Shown: one piece after another, positions 21,704 through 32,994 of the stretch | How the letters are laid out: each line of letters starts with the position of its first letter | Position numbering within the stretch: position 1 is the first letter of the stretch | From: Tetramitus jugosus | Lineage: Eukaryota > Protista > Heterolobosea | NCBI GenBank assembly: GCA_937625935.1 | Contig: OW569349.1 | Span: 604,303 to 668,302, forward strand | Length of the DNA: 64,000 nt | Direction of reading: 5' to 3' | Translations under genes and position numbers: made by a program | The notes under the pieces: generated by a model | The model's input: the letters and a program-made list of their open reading frames with translations, nothing else | Told to the model about the DNA's origin: nothing | Databases searched by the model: none

Positions 21704-22002
21704 TGCTCAAAGTATTATGAATCACTCAAGTATCATCGGAGAAGTTCTGAACCATATCTGTTTGAGCACTTCTCGCGAAGCTGTAGAAGTTCTTTCCATT
21801 TCTGCGCCGATATTTACAACAAAAAATTTTGCCCCCAACCATTCTAACCGGTTGACTTTAGGCAACGAACGCGAAGCTTTCAACCTCAAAGAGAGAGATT
21901 TTTGGATACACGAGGTCACACCTTAGTATTTGTAATTATTGTTTCCTATCTAAACGAAGCATCTCCACACCAAGAACCCTCGAATCAAACTCAACAACCA
22001 AA

Positions 22003-22899
22003 ATGCCTGATGAAGATCACAAATTAGAAGCTGCTATGGACTTGATGCAAAGATTGCCTCCTAGCTCCCTTGAATCTAATCTCTCTTTTCTTGTGGCTCT
22101 CGCTCCTGAAATTTCTGAAGATATCCTGTCCAACATTGATGCTCCTCTAAAGGTTGAAACATGTCAGCACACAAAGAAACCTTTCCTTCTGTGTGACTTT
22201 AATCGTGATGGAGACTCCTATAGATCTCCTTGGAGCAACGAGTACCAACCTCAGTTGGACGATGGAGTTACACCATCTGAGAGAATGAGAAAACTGGAAA
22301 TTCACGCAAATGAATTGTTTGGAGAGTATTTTAGACAGTAAGTATCCGCAATGATCAAGGATCATAGCAAACAGTCTACCAATTCACATAGCTAACTGAC
22401 TTTCTTGCGTATTATTTACCATAGATACTATGATAAGACCTGCATCTTCTCTTGCTACTTTTGGCAAGAAGAGGACAATGAGTTCTCTTGCTACATTCTG
22501 GTGAAGAAGGAAACAAAGAGCGAGAGAGGAGTTGAAAATGGTGTCTGGGATGCCACACATGTCGTCAGAGTCGCAAACAGTGAGGACAATGAATCTGTAA
22601 CATATACTCTTGTGAGCACAGTTCTATTGGACTTAGGTATGAAACACAATAACACCAACCTCTCCGGATCTGTACAGAAGCAAGTCACAAAGACGTTTCC
22701 AATTGTCCAATCCGACGAACAGCACTTGGCCAATATGGGAACAATGATCCAGGATGTAGAGAATGTACTGTGGGACAATTTGAACCATGTTTACTTTGGA
22801 AAGACAAAAGAGATTACATCCCATCTGAGAAGCATTCATGAACTGGGTCTGAGAAACAGTCAGTCTCTGATCATGGGCGAACTATTCAACAAGAAGTGA
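22003..22899 (+). CDS. CAPZB: F-actin capping protein beta subunit; intron 22338-22424
   Basis: AAMDLMQRLPP, LCDFNRDGDSYRSPWSN, WDATHV, HLANMGTMI, VYFGKTKEI. Confidence 0.95.
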
Positions 22900-23107
22900 A
22901 ACTTTCTGTGGGGAATGACACCCACAGTAAACAAACAGATTGTATCTTCGCAACCACCAATAAACCCGAGATGCGGAAAAAGTTTCGGCTGAATCATGTG
23001 AAGATGCACACAATCAGATTTCACACGACCACCATAAATACTCTATTAGTAATAGCTAAACTCACACGCAACAACACAAAAAACAAAAACACTACTGCTG
23101 AAACAAT

Positions 23108-24085
23108 ATGCATATCATCAACAACAATCTCAGTCAAAAGTTTGTCATTCATTTGGTCAAACTTCACAAGTATCCCATCTTCAAAATGCTCCAGTTCGAA
23201 GAAGCAGTCATGCGAACAGACACGCATCAACCTCATCACATTTGGATCACTGTCAACGAAGGAACACCATCACCTAGGATTGTCATGGGCAGTGGAGGCA
23301 AAGCAGAAGAGCTATTGCACATGCATCACATTCACAATGATGAATTGCCTGTGATTCGTCGATTCACAGGAGGAGGAACAGTGTTGGTCAATGATCGAAC
23401 CATGTTTGTCTCCATGGTTGGATCGCACGAATTTTTGAAACAATTTGGAATGAAGTGTCATCATGATGAGACAAGAGTGTGGAATCAACCGTTTCCGACT
23501 GATTTGATGCACTGGACGGCAGAGTTTTACCGACCATTGTTTCCCGCGCATTTACGGTTTGATTTACTGGAGAATGATTATGTGTTTCGATTGGATGCGG
23601 AGGATGAGAATTCGATTGCAAAATTCGCGGGAAATGCACAGTACATGACTGGTGGTTTGTACAAGAGATTTTGTCATCATACGAGCTTCTTGTGGGATCA
23701 TGATCACAGTGAAATGGAAAAGTATCTGACACTTCCGAGCAGGAGACCAAAGTACAGAGAAGCTCGAACCCATGGATCCTTTTTGACCAATTTGAGTCGA
23801 GTCAACTGGAAGACACCAGAAAATTTTGCAGCTCAAGATGCCTCTGCAACGACAGACACTGTACAGAACCCGTTCTTACAATCTGTGTTGAAACGTGTGC
23901 ATCAACTGAGTGAAACAGATTGGAGAGAGCATGTGGAGGATGTGCAGGAGCATTTTGATCAGAATCAATTTGAGCAAGTAAGAGAAGAGTACATGTGGAG
24001 AGAGAACAAACTACGGAGAAACAATTATCATTATCATCCAGATTCATCGATACAGAATCAGATTGATCTGTTGCATCAGGACTAA
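23108..24085 (+). CDS. Lipoate-protein ligase-like (BPL/LplA/LipB catalytic domain)
   Basis: IRRFTGGGTV, ENDYV, KFAGNAQY, HHTSFLWD, PKYREARTHGSFL. Confidence 0.88.
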   Translation: MHIINNNLSQKFVIHLVKLHKYPIFKMLQFEEAVMRTDTHQPHHIWITVNEGTPSPRIVMGSGGKAEELLHMHHIHNDELPVIRRFTGGGTVLVNDRTMFVSMVGSHEFLKQFGMKCHHDETRVWNQPFPTDLMHWTAEFYRPLFPAHLRFDLLENDYVFRLDAEDENSIAKFAGNAQYMTGGLYKRFCHHTSFLWDHDHSEMEKYLTLPSRRPKYREARTHGSFLTNLSRVNWKTPENFAAQDASATTDTVQNPFLQSVLKRVHQLSETDWREHVEDVQEHFDQNQFEQVREEYMWRENKLRRNNYHYHPDSSIQNQIDLLHQD

Positions 24086-24154
24086 TAGGAGGATTACAAA
24101 AGTCGAGTAAAATTTTACATACAATCGTGAATACAATTACAGTGTCATTCTCGT

Positions 24155-24888
24155 TTATTGTTCTGATAACAGCTCTAACACATCGGTCACAAAATCCTTC
24201 TCTGGATTGTCTCTGTACTTCTTAGCTAGCTCAATTGCATGCTTAAAGAGTTTCACTACATTGGTTCCATCGGCAGCCGAAACAAAGTAGAATGGAAGCT
24301 CTCTCTTGGTGACAAAGTTGAAAGTCTTTTCAGTGCTCAACATGTCCACTTAAGCAACAAGGGTGAGTTAGCTTACTACTATTCACTCCAGATTATCATT
24401 GAACGATAATACATGAACAAACAATCAATAGCCTACTTACTGTCAATCTTGTTAGCCACGACGATGCATGGAATATTACCCCTGTAGTTTTGTAGCTCTT
24501 CGTACCACTTATCCAAATTTTTATAAGTTTGTCTCCTTGTGACGTCAAACACTAGCACACACGAGTGAGCTTGATGGTAGTAGGAAGGATGAACATTATT
24601 GAATCTCTCTTGGCCGGCTGTGTCCCAAAAGTCAATATCTACTTTTTCACCCTCTAGCTTGGCACTGTATCGGAACAAGCTCAGAGCATGTGTACTCTGT
24701 TGTTGAGGTTGACTTCACAGAAAACAAGAAGTATGAGCATACACAAAGGACTTGGTATCAGATGAAGAAGAAAACTGTTAAATCGAAACATACTATCCGT
24801 CAACAAGAAATCTTTCAACCAGTTTGCTCTTTCCCACAGCTGAATCACCAAGTAAGATGATCTTCAAGTCTGCAGCTTCCTCACTCAT
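24155..24888 (-). CDS. RABL2: Rab-like GTPase RABL2; introns 24713-24793 and 24349-24440
   Basis: KIILLGDSAVGKSKLVERFL, spliced YQPQQQSTHAL, DFWDTAGQERF, VANKID, FVSAADGTNVVKLF. Confidence 0.92.
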
Positions 24889-25374
24889 TTTTTCTATCCG
24901 ATGTTCCGTAAATGAACGCTCAGAGCGCCAAAAACATGTGAATTCTTCTTTTGGGGCTTGTGGGAATTCCCTTCTAACCAAGAATAACTAACCTTCTGGT
25001 CATGTTAGAAGCTTTATCCTGTTCTCAAATGAAAGAAACAACGACAATACAACGAGAACTCTATGACCTGAGTAAGAACCATCGGTTGTTATCGTGTTAC
25101 ATAACCATTCGTAACATTCGAACACGTAAGAACGTCCAACCAATATCATCCGATACGGAAACACTTGTAATTTTTCCGTCGATGCGTTGTTCCTCAAAAT
25201 ATTCCGCCTGACTGTTTATCCTTACATTACGTGTGATGCCGATCACTCCCAAAATTTCACACAATTTAAACCCGCAAGCAACACAACAAAAACAAAACAA
25301 CAACCCAACCAACCACACACAGATCCACAACAATCAACAACAACCCACACACACACACCATCAACAACAACAAT

Positions 25375-26148
25375 ATGTTTATGAGAAGAATAACAACATC
25401 CTTTGCTAGAATTCACTCTGTTAGCAACGCATCTCTGATTATGCGACCTCAACCCATGAGAAGGGAATTTTCTTGTGCGATTCACATGCTCCAACAACAA
25501 CAACAACAACAACAAGAAGAAGCAACAAAAAATAATGAATCCACAACCAACAATGAACAACAACAACCAACAGAGAACAACAATAAGGAACTTCAAGAGC
25601 TAAAGGAAAAATTACAGGCAATGGAAACAAAGGCAAAGGAATTTGAGAACAAGTACAAGAGCTCTCTGGCTGAGATGCAAAATGTGAGAAGAATTGCAAA
25701 GACTGATGTGGAAAATGAAAAGAAATTTGCCATTCAAAAGTTTGCTTCTGGTCTATTGGATGTGGCTGACAATTTTGAGAGAGCCATTCAGAATGTGTCA
25801 GAGGACGATGTGAAGAATATTACAGAATTTTTGACTGTTGAAAATAGTGGTGCAAGTGATGAGCTTGTGCGAAAGGCGCGCACTCTAAACTCTGTTTTCC
25901 AAGGTGTGAGAATGACTGAAAACATTTTGCAAAAGACGTTTGGTAACTTTGGAATAGAAAAAATGTCAGATGTAGAAGGTAGTGGCTTTGATCCTGCTTT
26001 CCATGATGCTGTTGTGAAACAGAGCTTGAAGGAAGGAGAAGACGCAGCAAAGGCCAATACTGTGACTCATGTGTTGAAGACTGGTTACAAGATTAAGGAT
26101 CGTGTGTTGCGACCTGCTCAAGTCGTCGTCTGTGTTCCAGAAGAATAA
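25375..26148 (+). CDS. GRPE: Mitochondrial GrpE (Mge1) nucleotide exchange factor
   Basis: Presequence, then AEMQNVRR, FAIQKFA..LLDVADNFERA, FDPAFHDA, GYKIKDRVLRPAQV. Confidence 0.95.
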   Translation: MFMRRITTSFARIHSVSNASLIMRPQPMRREFSCAIHMLQQQQQQQQEEATKNNESTTNNEQQQPTENNNKELQELKEKLQAMETKAKEFENKYKSSLAEMQNVRRIAKTDVENEKKFAIQKFASGLLDVADNFERAIQNVSEDDVKNITEFLTVENSGASDELVRKARTLNSVFQGVRMTENILQKTFGNFGIEKMSDVEGSGFDPAFHDAVVKQSLKEGEDAAKANTVTHVLKTGYKIKDRVLRPAQVVVCVPEE

Positions 26149-26306
26149 AAAAATCAAATTGTTAAACGTTTGAGGCTTATTTGCTCTTATGATGGCAATC
26201 TGTCAAGAAGAAGGTTGAAAATCTCCAGAAGTTGCGTATGAAGATCCTAATTGTCCACTCCGAATGGAGTGTTCAATCTCGATCCGTACTTTGCTGGCTT
26301 GTCGGT

Positions 26307-27557
26307 CTAAGGTTCCGCATGCAGCAACTTATTGATTGAGTCGAAGATCAATCTCTTCAACTTTTCGTTCTGTACCTTTTCAGCTGCAGACTTAACCTTT
26401 TCTGCATCTGCAAGCATAATACCGTTCTGTTGAAGATCCTTAACTTGAACACCAAGGGCAGTGACGAGCGTGACTCCCAACATAAAGTAATCAAACTCAA
26501 CACGAGATGGTTTCTGAATGCAATTCATGGGTAGGTATGGGGTTGATGTAGATTCCACATTTGCACCTTGTTTAACACTTGAACCGAAATCACCCAAGAA
26601 CCAATTGCCTGCAACATCCATAAAGATGTTTGCAGGTTTCACATCCATATGTACAAGACCGCATTTGTGGATGTGGGCAAGAGCTTGGCACATTCGAAGT
26701 GCCCCATCATATACGGCTTCTTCTGTCATTAGTCCAGCTGCTTCAGCAACAGTCAGGACATAACGAGGCATTAGAATACAATTAAAAACATCAGAGGTAA
26801 CGTTTGGCATTCCATGTTCTCTTCGATTTACCTGAACCTGATGAGTTTCTGCCTCTATGATACCAATAGCTTGTTGAGTTCCAAACTTCAGAAGATTGAT
26901 ATGATCAATCTCTTTTTGGGTAGAAGGATCGGAATGTAGTAACACCTTGACCACAATGGCTCCTTTTGTCTTGTCATTCATGCCAGATAATAGAACAGCA
27001 TCAGGTGAATTGGTATCAGCAGTAGGTAAAGGGCCATCCAACTTGATATGAAGTTGTTTTTGGATAGATTCTTGTATCGTGGATCCAGGATATCTCTGTG
27101 CATCTTCATACAAGGCACGAGCCATCTTCTCATTTGCAACTAAGTTGCATCTCATTGCATATTTCTCAACGATCCGATTCAATACATCTTCATCCGGTCT
27201 TTTAATACCACTTAATTCAAGCCACCGCAGAAAATTCTTGAAAACCGGAGGTTCAGAAGTTTCAGTAGTGTTGGTTTTCACGATGGATTTACTTGTAGAT
27301 TGTATTTGCATCAAAGAGTACAGAATGGAGTAGAAACTATTGGCATCAGCAACACCAAAATCGACCAACATGCGTTTGAGAGTAGCTTCTCCGTGAGACA
27401 GAGAGGCCAACAGAAGACTGCCAGTTGTATCCAGCTCAAAGTTCAATGTTGTTCCATAGCACTCTTCGACTAGTCTCAGCCACTGATTCAACTCATTCTT
27501 TTTGTAGCTCTTGAACGTTTGGTAATCAGGAGTGAAGGTTGCGTCAGAATCTTTCAT
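26307..27557 (-). CDS. Divergent Ser/Thr protein kinase with an uncharacterised N-terminal region
   Basis: VVKVL, HMDVKPANI, LGDFGS, DYFMLGVTL. No canonical Gly-rich loop or APE motif. Confidence 0.85.
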   Translation of the reverse strand: MKDSDATFTPDYQTFKSYKKNELNQWLRLVEECYGTTLNFELDTTGSLLLASLSHGEATLKRMLVDFGVADANSFYSILYSLMQIQSTSKSIVKTNTTETSEPPVFKNFLRWLELSGIKRPDEDVLNRIVEKYAMRCNLVANEKMARALYEDAQRYPGSTIQESIQKQLHIKLDGPLPTADTNSPDAVLLSGMNDKTKGAIVVKVLLHSDPSTQKEIDHINLLKFGTQQAIGIIEAETHQVQVNRREHGMPNVTSDVFNCILMPRYVLTVAEAAGLMTEEAVYDGALRMCQALAHIHKCGLVHMDVKPANIFMDVAGNWFLGDFGSSVKQGANVESTSTPYLPMNCIQKPSRVEFDYFMLGVTLVTALGVQVKDLQQNGIMLADAEKVKSAAEKVQNEKLKRLIFDSINKLLHAEP

Positions 27558-27767
27558 TTTTGTTCTCAATTCAGTGTTGTCAAAAATTGTAGAAGGAATG
27601 CCGGCAGCAATTCTATCCCCAGTTCACCTCGTTCCAATTCAAAATTCAACATGAGAAAAACTGCGACATTCCAATCGAAAGGGAACTCGTTTTTCTCCAA
27701 TCACAAAACACCACCCAAACAGAACGCAAGTACAACAACAATCAATATCCACAAAATCTGAGTGACA

Positions 27768-30661
27768 ATGTTCTTTGTGATTGACTGGTTTCTGCAGTTT
27801 CTTGTTCTCACACGCAAGAACATTTTGATCAATGTTCGAAATTGGAAGACTACACTGTTTGTGCTTCTTTCTCCAGTGTTGATTGTGGTTGGTCTCAACT
27901 TGATGTCCACTGTGCTGACCAACAACATTGAAGCCATGTTGGGCGGAAAAAGACAAGATGTTTTGCACCCCAAGCCCGCCATGATTCCCCTTTTGCCGCC
28001 TTGCACTGGTTTTGGCGCCAGAAAATGTGTAACACTACGATTTTCTCCTCCTGATGCGTTGCCAATCATACAGACCATTTTGACTGACAATCAGTTGTCT
28101 GCCACTGATTATGTAGCCTATGACAATGATACCGTGTTGAGTGATTTCATTTTGATGAATCCTAATACAACCATGATTGGACTGAATTTCTTTGGTGGAG
28201 TATCACAACATGGTGATATCTCCTATGTGATACTTTACAATGACACGGAGACGAGAAGTGATCCATTGAGTGTCGAAAAGCCAGTGAACTTGATTCCACG
28301 GGTTCAATTGACGGTTGACAATGCGATCGTAAAGCACAAATTGAGTAAGCTCTGGGGTCAATCATTCAACCAATTCCCAAAGGCTAAAAACTACGTGTAC
28401 AATAAGTTCCAAGATGCATTGAATGACAATGTTGAGACAAATATTGTCAGTCGTATCATTGATATTAGCTTAAGGAGTGTTGCAACTCCAAAGGTGATCA
28501 ACTCCACGAATACTCCCATCTTTGAGAAGGCAACTTTTGAAGGATTCTTGCAGTATATTCTAGCAGGATTCTTCCTTCAGTTCTCTATCGTCATGTTTTG
28601 GATTGCTCTCTTGTACTATATTGTATGGGAAAAGTCATTGAATCTGAGATTTGCAATGACTATTATGGGCATGAGAAATAACAGTTGGTGGCACTCGTGG
28701 TTCGTTGCTGGTTTCGTCCAGATGCTGTGTGCTGTCCTTGCAGTGTATGTGACAGGACTGGCATTCAAGATGAAGATTTTCTTGAACACGAATCCATTAA
28801 TCATATTAATTATTTTCTGTAGCTTTGGAGTTAGTTTGATCTCTGTAGCCATGTTACTCTCAGTCATTACAACAAGCAATAGAGCTGCAAGTATGTAGTA
28901 GTGCACTTGTTTTTTGTAATGCTCATTTCATCTCTTTCAGTGTCTAACTCCATTGCCTTTGATATAGTTCTGGTTGCTTTCATTATTAATGGTATTGCTT
29001 TCTTTACGAGCATGATTACAAGTAACGGTATTATTATTTACGCAATCTTTACCAATATGCCATCTGTCTACAAGGGTTTATCCTGGTTCCCTCCATTCCA
29101 TTTCTGCAAGTGTATTGCTGATTTGATTACAATTACCTATGGCCTCGGAGGAGCAACCTCACCAACGGACAACCACTATACATGGAAGGTTTTCACTCAT
29201 GAGATTACAGGTCTCGTTGGAAAAGCTCCACCAACTTTCCATAATGTTCTTCTCATGTGGGCCATCAGTGCTGTTCTTCTTATTGCTGCATGGTACTTGG
29301 ATCATATTCTTCCAACAAGCATGAACGGAAAGAGCAAGCCAGTTTACTTTTTTGTGTTGCCATCCTTCTGGGGTCTATCAAGAAAGAAGACCAATCTCCT
29401 TCATATTACCAATGCTCTGTTGGCAGCAAAACCAGCAGCAATCCAGCTTGCAGCTAGTGAGCCTGATCGTCGAGTTTCAGAACAAATTACAAAGACACTG
29501 GAGCAGCAAGAGAATGAAGAAGAGTCCGATGTTCTCCGTGTTGTTCAAGTCGAAAAAACATATGGTGGATTGTTGAAAAAACAGGTGAAGGCTGTACAAA
29601 ACGTTACGTTCAAAGCTAACAAGGGAACATGCTTGGCCTTGCTTGGCCACAACGGTGCAGGTACATTGTTTTCTTTTATTTTTGTTTTTAAGAGTTCGTA
29701 TTGTTGGTTGTTGGAGCTAACATTTGTTTATGTCTCAATAGGTAAATCTACAATTATTTCGACCATTATTGGACAGAATGACCTCACTGCTGGTCATTGC
29801 TTTGTTTTCGGTAAGGATGTGAAAACAGATATGGATCTAATTAGAAGAGATATTGGCGTCTGTATGCAAGATGACTTTTTGAATCCAAACATGACTGCTT
29901 GGGAGCATTTGCAATTGTTTGCTCAATTCAAGAACGTTCCGAACAAGAAGCAAGAGATTGAACAGAGATTGCATGATGTCGGTCTCTATAGTGTCAGAAA
30001 CAATCAAACTCGTACATTCAGTGGTGGTATGAAGAGAAGATTGAGTTGCGCAATAGCTCTCATTGGTTCACCTTCCATGGTGATTCTAGATGAGCCCACA
30101 ACTGGTCTCGATGTTCAAAGCAAGAGATTGATTTGGAATCTTGTGCATCAAATGAAAAAGGACAAGCTTGTATTGCTCACTACTCATGCAATGGAGGAGG
30201 CAGATAAGCTTGGAGATCAGATTGTCATCATGGCGTACGGTAAGATTAAATGTATGGGTAACAGCTTACAACTTAAGAATCAATTCGGAGCTGGTTTCAA
30301 TATTCAAGTGACAGCCAATGTTGTCAAGCGTGAGACGTTGGAGGAAAATACTGAATCCGAACAGATGCATCAACAATTAGTGACAAAGATGAACCATATC
30401 CAAGATGTGATTCGTAAGCATGTACCACAAGCAGAAGAAGTATCACAACAAGCAAACTCTCTCCTCTATAAGCTTCCTCAAGTGAACATGAAGGAGCTGA
30501 TTCCGTTGGTTCAAGAAATTGAAAGCATCTCCATTTCGAAGCAGGGAGAAGAGAAGGCCATTGTAAAGAGCTTCCACCTGAGTCAGTCAACCCTGGAGGA
30601 AGTGTATTTATCAGTTACCAAGCAAGCCAATTTTGGAGTAAGCAGTGATCGTCACTCATAA
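27768..30661 (+). CDS. Half-size ABCA transporter; introns 28891-28940 and 29661-29741
   Basis: TMD with a large exoplasmic loop and EK..LR..M..MG. Walker A LLGHNGAG|KST after splicing, signature FSGGMKRRL, LDEPTTGLD, LEEVYL. Confidence 0.92.
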
Positions 30662-30734
30662 AACATAATTGATCATTTATCAACTTTATATTGCACGTTT
30701 TGTTGCTTAGCCAAAAAAAAGAAAGTAGATCATC

Positions 30735-32102
30735 ATGTTCAGGCATTTGCACCACCTAATCAACGAACAGTTGGTTGATTTTGTTGATGGCTTGTTGAAT
30801 GATCAGAGTCAGGTCGATTCACTATTGAAGTATTACTCTGACGAATGTGATGATGGTGAACCAAGATTGAGTGCCTTCTTAGGTTCAGAATTGTTCCCTC
30901 AAGTGAAACAAGTGAGCAGCGAAGGTTTCGAATCGATTGGAACGCAGGAGAAACAGATGTCAATGATACAACGGCTGAATGAAATGTATGATTTGTGTTA
31001 TAACAAATTGCATACTGGAGATTGGAGAGCTGTGAAGCAAGGGTGGAGAACTGGTTTGGCTTTCTGTGCTTGGTTCTCATGTTTGTTGCAGTTGGTGTCG
31101 TCAGATGTGGAACAATGGGATCTATTGCAGTGGAAGCAGGTGCTATACAAACTAGATATTGGTATCATGATGGGAGATGATCGATATCGAGATCAAAATC
31201 TTCAGGAACTGATCGAAGTTGTGCATGATGTCACAATCCAGTTATACCCTATCCATTTACATGAAGAAGGAATAGATGTTCAAAACGAAACACTATCCTC
31301 TCGTTCCAAAAGGACGAAGATGGAGTCTAGGTTGGAAGGTTTGATGAGTGATGTGGATAGCAAGACGTTGGCCACTGCTGTTCCTCATGTACCAGAAATT
31401 CCTTTGTATCGATTCGAAAAGGAATACTATAATTCCAATGTTCCTGTCATTATTGACTTGAGTGAAGAAGATTCTCCCTTGTTGAACTATTCTCTCCTGG
31501 TGGAGCTGGCAGGTTATCGTACAGTGCCAATAGAGTTTGGACATAACTACTTGGATCGAGATTGGACTCAAAGATTGATGGCCCTCCATGAGTTTGTCCA
31601 ACAACACTTACTGTCACAACAATCAACTACCAAGGGATATTTGGCACAGCACACACTGTTTGACCAAATTCGACCACTGAGAAAATACATGCAAGAGCCA
31701 ATCTATTGTGCTGTAGGCGCCGGTGAATTGGAATCGGTAAATGCTTGGCTGGGACCATCAGGTACAGTCTCTCCACTTCACACTGACCCCTTCTCCAACA
31801 TACTAGTGCAACTAATGGGTGAGAAATATATTCGTATTTATTCTAGTGAATATGATGAGAGTCTCTATTATACTATAGAGGACACAGCCTTGAAGAATTC
31901 CAGCAGAATTAGCTCGTTACCTGCTCGAGAGAGTGAAACTCTACTTCGAACAGAGTATCCAAGATTCATGCAAGCTCCTTATTGGCAAGGAATTCTTAAA
32001 CGAGGACAGGCACTGTACATACCAAAACTTTTTTGGCACTATGTGGAATCATTGAGCACATCCTTTTCGGTTTCTTTCTGGTTTCAGGAACAACACCGAT
32101 GA
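30735..32102 (+). CDS. KDM8: JmjC-domain hydroxylase JMJD5/KDM8
   Basis: KLHTGDW, RTVPIEFG, GYLAQHTLFDQI, NAWLGPSGTVSPLHTD, WHYVESL..SFSVSFWF. Confidence 0.92.
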   Translation: MFRHLHHLINEQLVDFVDGLLNDQSQVDSLLKYYSDECDDGEPRLSAFLGSELFPQVKQVSSEGFESIGTQEKQMSMIQRLNEMYDLCYNKLHTGDWRAVKQGWRTGLAFCAWFSCLLQLVSSDVEQWDLLQWKQVLYKLDIGIMMGDDRYRDQNLQELIEVVHDVTIQLYPIHLHEEGIDVQNETLSSRSKRTKMESRLEGLMSDVDSKTLATAVPHVPEIPLYRFEKEYYNSNVPVIIDLSEEDSPLLNYSLLVELAGYRTVPIEFGHNYLDRDWTQRLMALHEFVQQHLLSQQSTTKGYLAQHTLFDQIRPLRKYMQEPIYCAVGAGELESVNAWLGPSGTVSPLHTDPFSNILVQLMGEKYIRIYSSEYDESLYYTIEDTALKNSSRISSLPARESETLLRTEYPRFMQAPYWQGILKRGQALYIPKLFWHYVESLSTSFSVSFWFQEQHR

Positions 32103-32175
32103 GGATGGTGAGGCTTCACCGTGGTTGTTTGTTGCACCTATTTACAATTATTTACCAAGAGAATTGATTCACTAA

Positions 32176-32730
32176 TCACCATAGAACAAAATCTGCACAA
32201 TATGCCTGGAAATTGGTTTCTTTCTTTCGGCTTTGAGAATAGGGAAGCAGAACTCGCGTATTCCGTCTCTTTTCTCTTTTTATCTTGCCTGTCATTGACT
32301 TGTTGACTTCCTTGTTGTGATTTGTATTGGGCACAACCATTTGAACAACTGCCGAACGTGGTGGAGAGGCAGACTGTTGAGATTCCAAGGGCGGAGAGTA
32401 GTTTTGGGGTTCTAAGAGTGGTTCTGGTTGCACAACCTTTAACTCGGCCGAGGAAAAGGGCATAACAGGTACAAACGGTTGAACCTTTGGCAGTTCTGAG
32501 TAGTATTCTGTGGTTGTCGTAGTCGTAGTGGTGGGCACTACAGCTAAGTTGTTTTGACCTAGATAAGAGGGACAGCAAAAACCTTGTTGGATAACATAGT
32601 GCGACACGACGAACATTTCATCATGTACATTCAGGAGGCTCACAGGTTTAGACAGGAACATTCTTTGGTATTCTTGTATCAGAGTATCATCTATATCTAG
32701 CTTCAGACCTAGGGGCATTGACAAATCCAT
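32176..32730 (-). CDS. Hypothetical 184-aa protein
   Basis: ATG-started ORF with an A/C-rich leader, filling an otherwise empty gap. No recognisable domain. Confidence 0.35.
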   Translation of the reverse strand: MDLSMPLGLKLDIDDTLIQEYQRMFLSKPVSLLNVHDEMFVVSHYVIQQGFCCPSYLGQNNLAVVPTTTTTTTTEYYSELPKVQPFVPVMPFSSAELKVVQPEPLLEPQNYSPPLESQQSASPPRSAVVQMVVPNTNHNKEVNKSMTGKIKREKRRNTRVLLPYSQSRKKETNFQAYCADFVLW

Positions 32731-32994
32731 ATTATCTTTTCTTTTTGTTGTTTTATTTGTTGTTCCTGTTGGTGACTACGGACCTGCTCAGGAATTTGTC
32801 TTTCATGGAGTCCATGAAACATCAGCCAGATCGCTCCCGACGAGCGAAGGATAAGATTCTTTGGTCCCATCACAAGTGGGCAAAGTTCTTGATTGATATG
32901 GGAATAAAGTTTGCTTTCGAAAATGGTTTAATCACAAATGAGGGAATGATGTCCCTACTCCATAAGAAGGTTCCAAATGTTGCGCAATCCAACT

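Noticed and set aside
32775-32880. Minus-strand GTGATG...CTGA segment with a TTTCATGGA hairpin as a snoRNA
   Set aside because: The C box is imperfect and the guide match to rRNA is not convincing.
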